Source: Spirochaetales bacterium
GTDB lineage: Bacteria; Spirochaetota; GWE2-31-10; MWDO01
Reading direction: 5' to 3'
Length of the DNA stretch: 64,000 nt
Assembly: GCA_017540815.1 (NCBI GenBank)
Contig: JAFYAI010000036.1
Span: forward strand, 3,637 to 67,636
Below the pieces are notes generated by a model. The model was not told where the DNA came from, did not search any database, and saw only the letters and a list, made by a program, of their open reading frames with translations. Below, piece after piece: positions 10,409-18,801 of the stretch. Both the position numbers and the translations under genes were made by a program. The first letter of the stretch is position 1, and each line of letters begins with the position of its first letter.

Positions 10409-10560
10409 AGTTATCGCTCCTTTATTCTTTAAAAAAAGACTTTCTTTGTAGTCTTTTTGTTTATCGGTGAGATCGGGATTTTTTTTAGTAAAATTTAGCA
10501 TTAGCACAGATCGGGTGTAAAACTTGGCAGCGACACACAAACCGAGTTTGCATTTTTTTG

Positions 10561-10589
10561 TTGTCAGAATAATCTGAATATGTTACAAT
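10561..10589 (+). promoter_or_regulatory. Sigma-70-type promoter for the ATP-grasp fusion gene
   Basis: ttgtca, 17-bp spacer, tacaat; GGGAGG RBS before ATG 10623. Confidence 0.5.
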
Positions 10590-10622
10590 ATCTCTAAACA
10601 GCAAAGCGGGAGGCTTAAACGA

Positions 10623-12860
10623 ATGTACGAATACAAAGGTAAAACATTAGTTATAATTGGGGCTGGATTTCTACAGGTGCCGGTTATCGAGATTGCAAAA
10701 AATCTCGGCATAACAACGATCGTAACCGATATGGACAAAGATGCTCCGGGGATGAAGATAGCCGACTATCCGATCGTGATGTCTACCCGCGATACGGAAG
10801 GCACGGCAGAAGCGATGATAGAGTTCAATCAGACTCATCACATTGACGGTGTAATCACAGTCGGCACTGATATGTCGATGACTGTCGCTGCCGTATCGGA
10901 TGCACTTGATCTGCCGGGTATTCGCTACGAAGATGCCGTTGCCGCGAGCAATAAATTGGTTATGCGCAAGCGTTTGAGAATGTTCGATGTGCCTGAGCCT
11001 GACTTCTATGCGTGCCGAACTATGGAAGATCTTAGGAATGCCGCTGACAAGCTGGGGTATCCATTCGTGCTGAAGCCTGCCGACAATATGGGTGCGAGAG
11101 GCTGCATGAAAGTCGAAGACAGCTCAATGCTGGATTACGCATTCTCAAATGCTAAGAGCGGCAGTATCAATGGTGAGCTGATTGCCGAAGAGTATATGGA
11201 CGGACCTGAGCTGTCAATCGACGCACTTGTATATAACGGTGAGGTGTTTATAACCGGTATCGCAGACCGCATTATCGAGAGAGAGCCGTATTTTATCGAG
11301 ATGGGGCATGTGCTACCGTCTGCTCTGCCACAGAGTGAGACAGACAAGGGTGTGAATGTCTTCATCCGGGGTATCAAGGCTCTCGGTATCACAAACGGTG
11401 CTGCGAAAGGTGATATAAAAGTAACTAAGAATGGCGGTATGGTAGGAGAGATCGCTGCCCGGCTGTCTGGTGGATTTATGTCGGCATGCACATACCCTTA
11501 TGCAACAGGTGTGAGTTCTATCGCCAATGCGATCGATATTGCGTTGGGCTGGCCGCCGCATGACCTGACTCCGAAGACAGACTATGTGTCGATAGAGCAG
11601 GCGATTGTGCCTGAGCCGGGTATCGTCACTGAGATCAGCGGAGTGGAAGAAGCTCTTGCCATTGACGGCGTTAAGAATATCTTCCTTAGAGTTAATGTCG
11701 GCGATGAAGTAGTCGTGCCTCATAACAATGTGCAGAAAGCAGGCAACTTCATTGTGTGCTGTCCGACTTGTGAAGAGGCTTGGGAGACTGTCCGCAAGGT
11801 GCATAACATTCTTAAAGTCACTACTAAGAAAAAGAAACTGACATGGCAACAGATATGCGACAATTCCAGACCGATATATAACGGCACATGCAAAGTTTGT
11901 CCGATATGTGACGGTCGGGGCTGTCGGGGACAAGTGCCGGGTATGGGCGGCATCGGAAACGGTGACTCATTCGTGCGAAATGTCGAAGCATTGAGGAATA
12001 TTACTATTAATTCATCATATATCCATAATGTGCGTGAGCCGGATACATCAGCGGAGTTATTCGGGATAAAGTTCTCACTGCCGGTTGTTGCTGCTCCGAT
12101 TGCCGGGGCGGATATTAACTTCGGCAATAAGATCGCTGAGATTGACTATACTACTGCTCTGACCGAAGGATGCCGCCGTCACGGGAGTTTTGCATTCTTG
12201 GGAGACGGAGCACCGATCGACTTGTTCCTCACGGCGACTGAGGCTATCCGGCAGAATGACGGACACGGCGGTCTGATTATCAAGCCGAGATGTGATACAC
12301 AGCAGATCCGCCGCCGTGTTGATGCTGCAGTATCAGCCGGTGCTCCTATCCTCGGAATGGATGTGGACGGGTGTGCTATCCTGTCTATGAAACTCATCGG
12401 ACAGCCTGTCGAGCCTAAGAGCAGGCAGCAGCTGAAAGAGATTATCGGGATGTCGGATAAGCCGTTTATACTCAAAGGCATTATGACTGTCTCTGATGCA
12501 ATGGCTGCTGTCGAAGTCGGAGCGTCCGGCATAATCGTGGGCAACCACGGCGGACGGGTCAGTCAGTCCCATCCTGCAAGTATTGCTAATCTTGCGGCGA
12601 TTCGTGATGCTGTCGGCGATAAAGTCATGATCATCTATGACGGCGGAGTCCGCACAGGAGAGGATGTATTCAAAGCGATTGCTCTTGGTGCGAATCTTGT
12701 GATGGTTGGGCGGCCGTTCGTTACGGCTGTGCTTGGCGGCGGTGCTGACGGAGTAGGAGTGCTGATAGAGCAGCTGAGGATGCAGCTTGCACGGACAATG
12801 CTTATCGCCGGTACAAACAAGATCAGTGATATAACCAAAGAATGTGTCAGCATAGAGTGA
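10623..12860 (+). CDS. Fusion protein: N-terminal ATP-grasp ligase domain, Cys-rich motif (CKVCPICDGRGC), C-terminal FMN-dependent alpha-hydroxy-acid oxidase/dehydrogenase TIM barrel
   Basis: ATP-grasp hallmarks (LVIIGAG..., EEYMDGPELSID...). C-terminus IIVGNHGGRVSQS...IIYDGGVRTGEDVFKAIALGANLVMVGRPF matches the FMN_dh family (glycolate/lactate oxidase SNHGGRQ...DGGVRRG...GA..V.LGRP). Confidence 0.7.
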   Translation: MYEYKGKTLVIIGAGFLQVPVIEIAKNLGITTIVTDMDKDAPGMKIADYPIVMSTRDTEGTAEAMIEFNQTHHIDGVITVGTDMSMTVAAVSDALDLPGIRYEDAVAASNKLVMRKRLRMFDVPEPDFYACRTMEDLRNAADKLGYPFVLKPADNMGARGCMKVEDSSMLDYAFSNAKSGSINGELIAEEYMDGPELSIDALVYNGEVFITGIADRIIEREPYFIEMGHVLPSALPQSETDKGVNVFIRGIKALGITNGAAKGDIKVTKNGGMVGEIAARLSGGFMSACTYPYATGVSSIANAIDIALGWPPHDLTPKTDYVSIEQAIVPEPGIVTEISGVEEALAIDGVKNIFLRVNVGDEVVVPHNNVQKAGNFIVCCPTCEEAWETVRKVHNILKVTTKKKKLTWQQICDNSRPIYNGTCKVCPICDGRGCRGQVPGMGGIGNGDSFVRNVEALRNITINSSYIHNVREPDTSAELFGIKFSLPVVAAPIAGADINFGNKIAEIDYTTALTEGCRRHGSFAFLGDGAPIDLFLTATEAIRQNDGHGGLIIKPRCDTQQIRRRVDAAVSAGAPILGMDVDGCAILSMKLIGQPVEPKSRQQLKEIIGMSDKPFILKGIMTVSDAMAAVEVGASGIIVGNHGGRVSQSHPASIANLAAIRDAVGDKVMIIYDGGVRTGEDVFKAIALGANLVMVGRPFVTAVLGGGADGVGVLIEQLRMQLARTMLIAGTNKISDITKECVSIE

Positions 12861-12903
12861 ATATTTTATTATTGATAATATATAGTTTTATAGGAGTACT
12901 AAT

Positions 12904-14400
12904 ATGAAACAAAATATGTTTTTCAAGACGATGTTTGTGATTATATGTGCTGCATTTATCGGCTGTCAGACCGAGACTACAGGCAGCGGCGAGCTGACGG
13001 AGACTGTGCAGGAGACAGCATATTATCACATTATCTTTCATTATAATATCACGGATCAGAGTGTCGATATAGCAGTGCCGACGACCGAGAACTTCGCTGT
13101 CCCGGACTGCACCGATGATCGTATCGGATTTGAGATGCCTGACGGCAGACCTTTCGTTGAGTGGAATGATTCACCTAACGGAAAGGGGACTTCCTATAAA
13201 GCAGGGGAGCTTTTCAACAAACAAAAGAAAGGCACTGTCACAACTCTGTATGCGATCTGGAAAGACGCAGACAATGAACCGTATGATGTTGAGTATGATC
13301 CTAACGGCGGTTCAGGTGAGATGAAGAGGAGCACATTGTTTATCGATCGTTCCAAGCGTCTGCCGAAATGCACATTCAAAGCACCGACGGGCAAGAGATT
13401 TGATTGCTGGAACACAAAATCAGACGGATCTGGTAAGTCATATAAGGACGAGCAGACTGTGACTAATCTTACTGCCAAAGGCAAGACGATTACACTCTAC
13501 GCACAGTGGAAGAACAAGGAGTATTACATAGTCAGGTTTAGTGATGAGCAGCTCGACACGCAGACTGATGATCTTACATTCGACAATGCCAAAGCAGTCA
13601 AACTGCTGCCGACTCTGACCAAATCAGGCTACGCATTCGGCGGATGGTATGACAGTACATCCGACAGCGGTGAACATGTGACGGACACGAACAGTTTCTC
13701 GGATGATGTTACTGTCTATGCCCGTTGGACGGCGAATACTTATACTGTTATATTCGACAAGGATGCAGCTGATGCAGTCGGTTCAATGGATGAACAGAAT
13801 ATGACCTATGGAGAGGGAGCGGCTCTGACTGCCAATGCTTACATAAGAGCCGGCTATCGCTTTCTCGGCTGGCATACTGAGTCCGGAGCATCATCGCCGA
13901 TGTATGCCAATATGCAGCCTGTTGTCAATCTGACATCAGAGGCAGACGGCACTGTGACGCTCTATGCAGTTTGGGAAGAAGCCGATACATATACGATTGT
14001 ATTCAATGCCAACGGCGGCAGCGGTGATATGGATCAGGTGATCTATGTCATCGATGAAGATACCGTTCTGCCGAAGTGTGCATTCAAAGCACCTGCCGGA
14101 CAGAGTTTCAGTCATTGGAATACCGCATACGACGACACCGGGACTTCATACAATAATATGCAGTCTGTGAATGGCATCGCAGAGAAAAATGAGACTGTAA
14201 CCTTGTATGCACAATGGATTGACAGAGCATTCTATATAGCATATCTTAACGATGAAGAACGGCACACTGAGACGGAGGATCTGACATTTGACAAAGTTCA
14301 CGATGTCGAGCTGCCTGTCCCGACCGAGATCGGCTGGTCGTTCCTCGGCTGGTATAAGGATGCAGAGTTCACAGATGGTCCGGTCAGCGGTTGGTTGGCA
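12904..14400 (+). repeat. Dispersed paralogous repeat, partner at about 18802-20300
   Basis: The 5' halves of the two Flg_new lipoprotein genes are about 80-85% identical at DNA level by eye, e.g. ...gtcgatatagcagtgccgacgac...ccggactgcaccgatga...cctgacggcagacctttc... in both. Confidence 0.6.
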
Positions 14401-15468
14401 GGAGATGTGATCGACGACATCACACTGTATGCACATTGGGAGCTTAAGACTATTACTTACACATTCGATCCTCATGGCGGCAGCTGGGGCAGCAGTACTG
14501 ACAGCAAAACAGTCAGCGGCAAGTTCGGCACAACTGTCGGTGATGTGCCTGCCAATCCGACGAGAGAGGGCTACACATTCTCGGGATGGGATATGCCGAT
14601 TCCAGATGTGTTCGGTGACAGCAATCTGACATTCACAGCCGGTTATCTTCCGTATACTTATACAGTAGTATTCGATAGGAATGGCGGTGTCGGAACAATG
14701 TCGAACCAAACAATGTCCTATGATGTGCCAAAAAACCTGACGGCAAATCAATTCTCCAGGACAAATTGGACATTCTGCGGATGGAATACTAAGAGCGACG
14801 GCTCAGGTGAGTTCTATGCCGATAATGCAAGCGTGTCCAATCTTACATCGACCAATGGGGCGACAGTCACGCTTTATGCACTGTGGTCATCGGCGGCTGT
14901 CAAGGATATCGGTTATTTCCGGTACTCCGACGGCAGCTACAGTACTCAATATATCAAAAACAAAACCATTGAAGGCATCGTATTTGAGGTCGGCACTAAA
15001 GTTAAAGTAGTGACTGCTGTTCGTGATTATGCAAAGTGGTGCGCCAAGGATACAGTGCAGAGTGCGACCAATATATCGACAAGCGACTCTGACGGCAGCG
15101 GCAACTGGGCAAAGGTGGCAAGTGCCTGCTCCTGTGCGAGTTGGTATCCGACATCAAGTGACAACGATGCTTTTTATGATGTCGGAGCAAGAGGCTCTAC
15201 AGGAGCATATCTGCCTGCGATAGAGGAACTACAGTCTGTGTATGATAATATAACAGCGATAAACAATGCTTTCAAAATCTGGTACGATGCTGTTCGGTTT
15301 ACTGATTCTATCGCAGGTTCGCTGCCGATTAATTATACATATTGGTCTTCGTCAGCAGTCAGTTCGTCAGTCAACTCCCGGTATCTCGACTTTAAAACAG
15401 GCAATCGAGGAACTGGCAAAAGATCCGAATATCATGATTGCTTCGGAGTCAAGGCATTCGGCAACTGA
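12904..15468 (+). CDS. Surface lipoprotein with multiple Listeria-Bacteroides (Flg_new) repeats and a C-terminal DUF1566 (Lcl C-terminal-like) domain
   Basis: Lipobox AAFIGC. Repeated G(Y/W)xFxGW...T(L/V)YA(Q/V/H)W units. C-terminal GAYLPAIEELQSVY motif typical of DUF1566. Paralog of ORF 18802-21297. Confidence 0.7.
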   Translation: MKQNMFFKTMFVIICAAFIGCQTETTGSGELTETVQETAYYHIIFHYNITDQSVDIAVPTTENFAVPDCTDDRIGFEMPDGRPFVEWNDSPNGKGTSYKAGELFNKQKKGTVTTLYAIWKDADNEPYDVEYDPNGGSGEMKRSTLFIDRSKRLPKCTFKAPTGKRFDCWNTKSDGSGKSYKDEQTVTNLTAKGKTITLYAQWKNKEYYIVRFSDEQLDTQTDDLTFDNAKAVKLLPTLTKSGYAFGGWYDSTSDSGEHVTDTNSFSDDVTVYARWTANTYTVIFDKDAADAVGSMDEQNMTYGEGAALTANAYIRAGYRFLGWHTESGASSPMYANMQPVVNLTSEADGTVTLYAVWEEADTYTIVFNANGGSGDMDQVIYVIDEDTVLPKCAFKAPAGQSFSHWNTAYDDTGTSYNNMQSVNGIAEKNETVTLYAQWIDRAFYIAYLNDEERHTETEDLTFDKVHDVELPVPTEIGWSFLGWYKDAEFTDGPVSGWLAGDVIDDITLYAHWELKTITYTFDPHGGSWGSSTDSKTVSGKFGTTVGDVPANPTREGYTFSGWDMPIPDVFGDSNLTFTAGYLPYTYTVVFDRNGGVGTMSNQTMSYDVPKNLTANQFSRTNWTFCGWNTKSDGSGEFYADNASVSNLTSTNGATVTLYALWSSAAVKDIGYFRYSDGSYSTQYIKNKTIEGIVFEVGTKVKVVTAVRDYAKWCAKDTVQSATNISTSDSDGSGNWAKVASACSCASWYPTSSDNDAFYDVGARGSTGAYLPAIEELQSVYDNITAINNAFKIWYDAVRFTDSIAGSLPINYTYWSSSAVSSSVNSRYLDFKTGNRGTGKRSEYHDCFGVKAFGN

Positions 15469-15473
15469 CAATG

Positions 15474-15582
15474 CAGACTGTGCAAAAAACTCTATAAGAT
15501 GTCATTGTCGGTCTTGAACCGACAATCTGATTTAATAGATTGCCGTATCGAGTACGGCAATGACATGTTTTTGCACAGTCTG
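15474..15582. other. 109-nt nested inverted-repeat element: 15-bp perfect outer stem enclosing two internal hairpins; candidate small RNA or REP-like element
   Basis: cagactgtgcaaaaa (15474-88) / tttttgcacagtctg (15568-82). Inner hairpins attgtcgg-tcttgaa-ccgacaat and attgccgta-tcgag-tacggcaat. Alternative pairing atgtcattg / caatgacat is possible. Confidence 0.35.
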
Positions 15583-15592
15583 AATGAGCCGC

Positions 15593-15632
15593 AAAAAAAT
15601 AAATCGCCCGTAAGGGCGATTTATTTTTTTGC
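15593..15632. terminator. Bidirectional rho-independent terminator between convergent genes
   Basis: aaatcgcccg taa gggcgattt with A-run upstream and T-run downstream. Confidence 0.8.
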
Positions 15633-15640
15633 ATTTACAA

Positions 15641-16885
15641 TTATTTACGCACCAGCAGAGCCAGCATCTCGGCATGATGAGTCTGCGGGAACATATCTGC
15701 CAGCACAAGATCCTGAACTTCGTAGGCTTCGGAGAGTGTCTGAATGTCGCGGGCCATTGTCTGCACTTTGCACGACGAGTAGATGATCTTCCGCGGAGCG
15801 ATGTCGAGAATAACCTGACGGGTTTTATCGTCGAGACCTTTGCGCGGCGGATCGATGATCACTACATCGGCTGTGCCCAGTGTATCGACAACATTCTCAA
15901 CAGGCGACTCGATGAACCTAACATTACTCTCGATGTTGTTGATCTGTATGTTGTGATTGGCATCGCGGACGGAGCTCTTGGCGATCTCAACTCCGATAGT
16001 CTCCTTCGCAAAATGGCTGACAAACAGCGTAATGAGTCCTATACCGCAGTACAGGTCGAATATTCGCTCCGACTTGTTTTTCTCCAGGAATGAGATGATC
16101 TTCTCAAGCCACAGCGGAACAACATAATCATTGACTTGGAAGAAACTGTCCTTGCTTATCTTGAACTTAATGCTCAGTCCTGCCGCATTGATCGTCTCGT
16201 AGACTTCTCTGTCCTGATATTTGTCATTCTTGATCCAATGCACAACCGTATCGCCGTCAAGCGTTGTGCGGACTTTGAAGTTCTGCTGAGGATACTCGCC
16301 GGCACGCACTGAAGCAAGTGCGTCATTAATGCCCTGCATACCGATGGCACATTTATCGACATTGACGATAAACCGTGTGTCCTTGCGGAAAAAACCGATG
16401 TGCTTATTCTTGCCGCAGAATGTCTTAGCCAGTCCGCACTTGAATGTCTCAGTATTGCGGTAGGCAAACTGCTGCGGAGAGCGAATTACTTCCGATACTT
16501 TGATCTCATTCTTACCGATATAGCGGAACACTTCCTCGGCGAGCGTTGTCTTCATAGCGATCTGCGTCTCGTAGTCAGTCATCTGATAGTCACAGCCGCC
16601 GCATTCTCCGAAATACTGACAGTGCGGAGTGATCCTCTTGTCCGACTGCTCGATAATCTCCAGTGGCTCTGCCATAGCATATTCGCTTGTTTCGCGGTAA
16701 ATGTTTGCCTTAACCAATTCACCGGGCAGCACATATCGCACGAAAATAGTCTTGCCTTCGCTGTCGTGAGCGATACACACACCGTCGTTGGCAGCTTTCT
16801 CTATACGAAGAGTTTCCTCACGCTTAACAGACTTGATTTTTCGCGGCTGGAGTGTTTTCTGTGATTCGTTATCGATAATATCCAT
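15641..16885 (-). CDS. rlmD: 23S rRNA (uracil-C5)-methyltransferase RlmD/RumA family (TRAM domain, Fe-S cluster, SAM-dependent methyltransferase)
   Basis: Cys cluster CQYFGECGGCDYQ. Class I SAM methyltransferase motifs (FDLYCGIGLITL, IIDPPRKG). Confidence 0.85.
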   Translation of the reverse strand: MDIIDNESQKTLQPRKIKSVKREETLRIEKAANDGVCIAHDSEGKTIFVRYVLPGELVKANIYRETSEYAMAEPLEIIEQSDKRITPHCQYFGECGGCDYQMTDYETQIAMKTTLAEEVFRYIGKNEIKVSEVIRSPQQFAYRNTETFKCGLAKTFCGKNKHIGFFRKDTRFIVNVDKCAIGMQGINDALASVRAGEYPQQNFKVRTTLDGDTVVHWIKNDKYQDREVYETINAAGLSIKFKISKDSFFQVNDYVVPLWLEKIISFLEKNKSERIFDLYCGIGLITLFVSHFAKETIGVEIAKSSVRDANHNIQINNIESNVRFIESPVENVVDTLGTADVVIIDPPRKGLDDKTRQVILDIAPRKIIYSSCKVQTMARDIQTLSEAYEVQDLVLADMFPQTHHAEMLALLVRK

Positions 16886-16989
16886 ATTTGTATCTCCAAA
16901 AAATTTGTCACACGGATTTGCTCAGCCATAACGGTCTTCGCCTTGTGGTCATTCCGAACTTGTTTCGGAATCTTATTCATTGTTCTGAG

Positions 16990-17072
16990 ATGCTGAAACA
17001 GCTGCGGCGTATACATCCGTGTCGCCGCTTGCACAGCCGACTTCCTGTCGGCAGTAGTTCAGCATGACATTC
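16990..17072. other. Nested stem-loop region (outer stem plus two GC hairpins) in the divergent intergenic region upstream of rlmD
   Basis: atgctgaa ... ttcagcat outer pairing. gcggcg-N13-cgccgc and gccgac-ttcct-gtcggc hairpins. Confidence 0.25.
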
Positions 17073-17151
17073 CGTCACAACCATTTGCTCTTAACCTATA
17101 TTATCATTAAATTTGAATATTAGCAAATAATATTTTCAAAAAATCTTCATT

Positions 17152-17182
17152 CTTCTTGACGAATTTTAGAGAAATGATATAA
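17152..17182 (+). promoter_or_regulatory. Sigma-70-type promoter
   Basis: ttgacg, 17-bp spacer, tataat immediately upstream of ORF 17186. Confidence 0.5.
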
Positions 17183-17185
17183 TAA

Positions 17186-17734
17186 ATGAAAAAGGCGGCA
17201 CAAATGTTTATCAATACAACAAGACTCAATTTTGTTAAGATGCAGACATTATTTTGGATAATTTTTCACGGTTTTTTTACATTTTTATTTGGAATGGCAT
17301 TGTTTGGCAGCATTATCGAAAAAGAATTTCTCAAAGAATTGGATTTTGTCGCTATTGTGATTGTCTGTTTGGCACTGGCCGGATATTTGCTATTCTGCAC
17401 TGTAAACAATCGCAGACGGCTGTCGATGGCTTTGCGGCTTGATGATGCTCTGCGGAATGACGACAACGGCATTATTACAATGCAGGAGCTGGCAAATGCT
17501 CTGAATTACAACGGTAATATTCAGAAGACAGTAGAATACCTAATGAAGAAAAACATTCTGATAAACTGCCGATTTGACCAGCAGGATCGCAATAAAATCG
17601 TCTGCCGTGATGTCGATATTGACCGCTCCGTAGACTTGCGAACGATAAACTGTCCTCACTGCGGCAATATTGTGCAGGGCAGGATGAATGTGATAGTGAA
17701 ATGCCCGATGTGCGGCATTGAGATTAAGATGTAA
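17186..17734 (+). CDS. Membrane protein with two TM helices and a C-terminal zinc-ribbon (CPHCG...CPMCG)
   Basis: Hydrophobic segments. Paired CxxC motifs at the C-terminus. No recognisable family. Confidence 0.4.
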   Translation: MKKAAQMFINTTRLNFVKMQTLFWIIFHGFFTFLFGMALFGSIIEKEFLKELDFVAIVIVCLALAGYLLFCTVNNRRRLSMALRLDDALRNDDNGIITMQELANALNYNGNIQKTVEYLMKKNILINCRFDQQDRNKIVCRDVDIDRSVDLRTINCPHCGNIVQGRMNVIVKCPMCGIEIKM

Positions 17735-17768
17735 TTGTTTTTTCTGCATATTACGGTGAGGTGTCATT

Positions 17769-18680
17769 ATGAAACAAAAGCTGAAACTTATCGTTATTAT
17801 TTTGATCGCGGCGTATGTGGTGGTGCATGTCCTGCATGTTGATGTCGGCGGCTTATGGGTGACGGGCAAGACCTTCGTAATGGATATGGCAGCAAAAGTG
17901 ATACCTGCTGTCCGGGGTAAGTTCGAGAATACAGACAGGCAGATAAGCGGCGGACAAGTCAAGAGCGGCACTGCCAAGACTCTGCATGATGCGTCGCAGA
18001 ATGCAGTTAAGCAGGCTTCGACATTTATCAGCAAGGCTAAGATTGGTTTCGTCAGAACTATGCGTAAGATCGGCATTAAGCCGCCTGCCGGCAGATATGT
18101 GCCTAAAACATATACACCTAAGAAAGAAGGCGGCGAAGCGGAGAAGAAGTCCAATATCGCAGTCTATGATAATATGAACATTACTCAATCATCGTCACTG
18201 CGACAGAATTTCATCAATTACAGTATGACTCTCCGTGGCATCCCGTATGTATGGGGCGGCACAACTCCTCAGCCGGGGCTTGACTGTTCGGGATTCGTCG
18301 GTTATGCAGCGAAGAACAGTATCGGTGTGCAGCTGCCGCGCACTGCCCGACAGATGTATACGGCGACTGTCCGCATTCCGACGAATGAGCTTGAGCCGGG
18401 CGATCTTGTATTCTTCCGCAGCTTTGGCAAAGTCAACCATGTCGGCATATATCTCGGCCGCTATCAGGGCGAAGGACCGATGCACGGACGGGAGCTGTTC
18501 ATCAATGCTGCCAGCGAAGGTCCAAGCACGGGAGTTATAGTCAGTGCCCTTGATGAGCCATATTGGCGGCGGCACTACAGTTCTGCAGGGCGATTCCTGC
18601 CGTCATCACACGATGCCGCCGAAGCATTAGCTGAGCGAAAAGCCGATCAGAAAGAAAAACAATCTGAACAAGACGAGTGA
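17769..18680 (+). CDS. Membrane-anchored NlpC/P60 family (C40) cell-wall peptidase
   Basis: YVWGGTTPQPGLDCSGFVGY ... VNHVGIYLG catalytic Cys/His signature of NlpC/P60. Confidence 0.8.
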   Translation: MKQKLKLIVIILIAAYVVVHVLHVDVGGLWVTGKTFVMDMAAKVIPAVRGKFENTDRQISGGQVKSGTAKTLHDASQNAVKQASTFISKAKIGFVRTMRKIGIKPPAGRYVPKTYTPKKEGGEAEKKSNIAVYDNMNITQSSSLRQNFINYSMTLRGIPYVWGGTTPQPGLDCSGFVGYAAKNSIGVQLPRTARQMYTATVRIPTNELEPGDLVFFRSFGKVNHVGIYLGRYQGEGPMHGRELFINAASEGPSTGVIVSALDEPYWRRHYSSAGRFLPSSHDAAEALAERKADQKEKQSEQDE

Positions 18681-18685
18681 TAACA

Positions 18686-18727
18686 AAAAGGATGAGATTT
18701 TCGTAAGAAAATCTCATCCTTTTTCCA
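18686..18727 (+). terminator. Rho-independent terminator
   Basis: aaaaaggatgagatttt cgtaag aaaatctcatccttttt. Confidence 0.8.
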
Positions 18728-18737
18728 AAAAATTCTC

Positions 18738-18767
18738 TTGACAAAATCGTTTTTCTTTTTTACAATT
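18738..18767 (+). promoter_or_regulatory. Sigma-70-type promoter (TTGACAAAATC... family)
   Basis: ttgaca, about 18-bp spacer, tacaat. Confidence 0.45.
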
Positions 18768-18801
18768 TTATGTCATTTTTTTATGATATAGGAGCGTAAA
18801 A

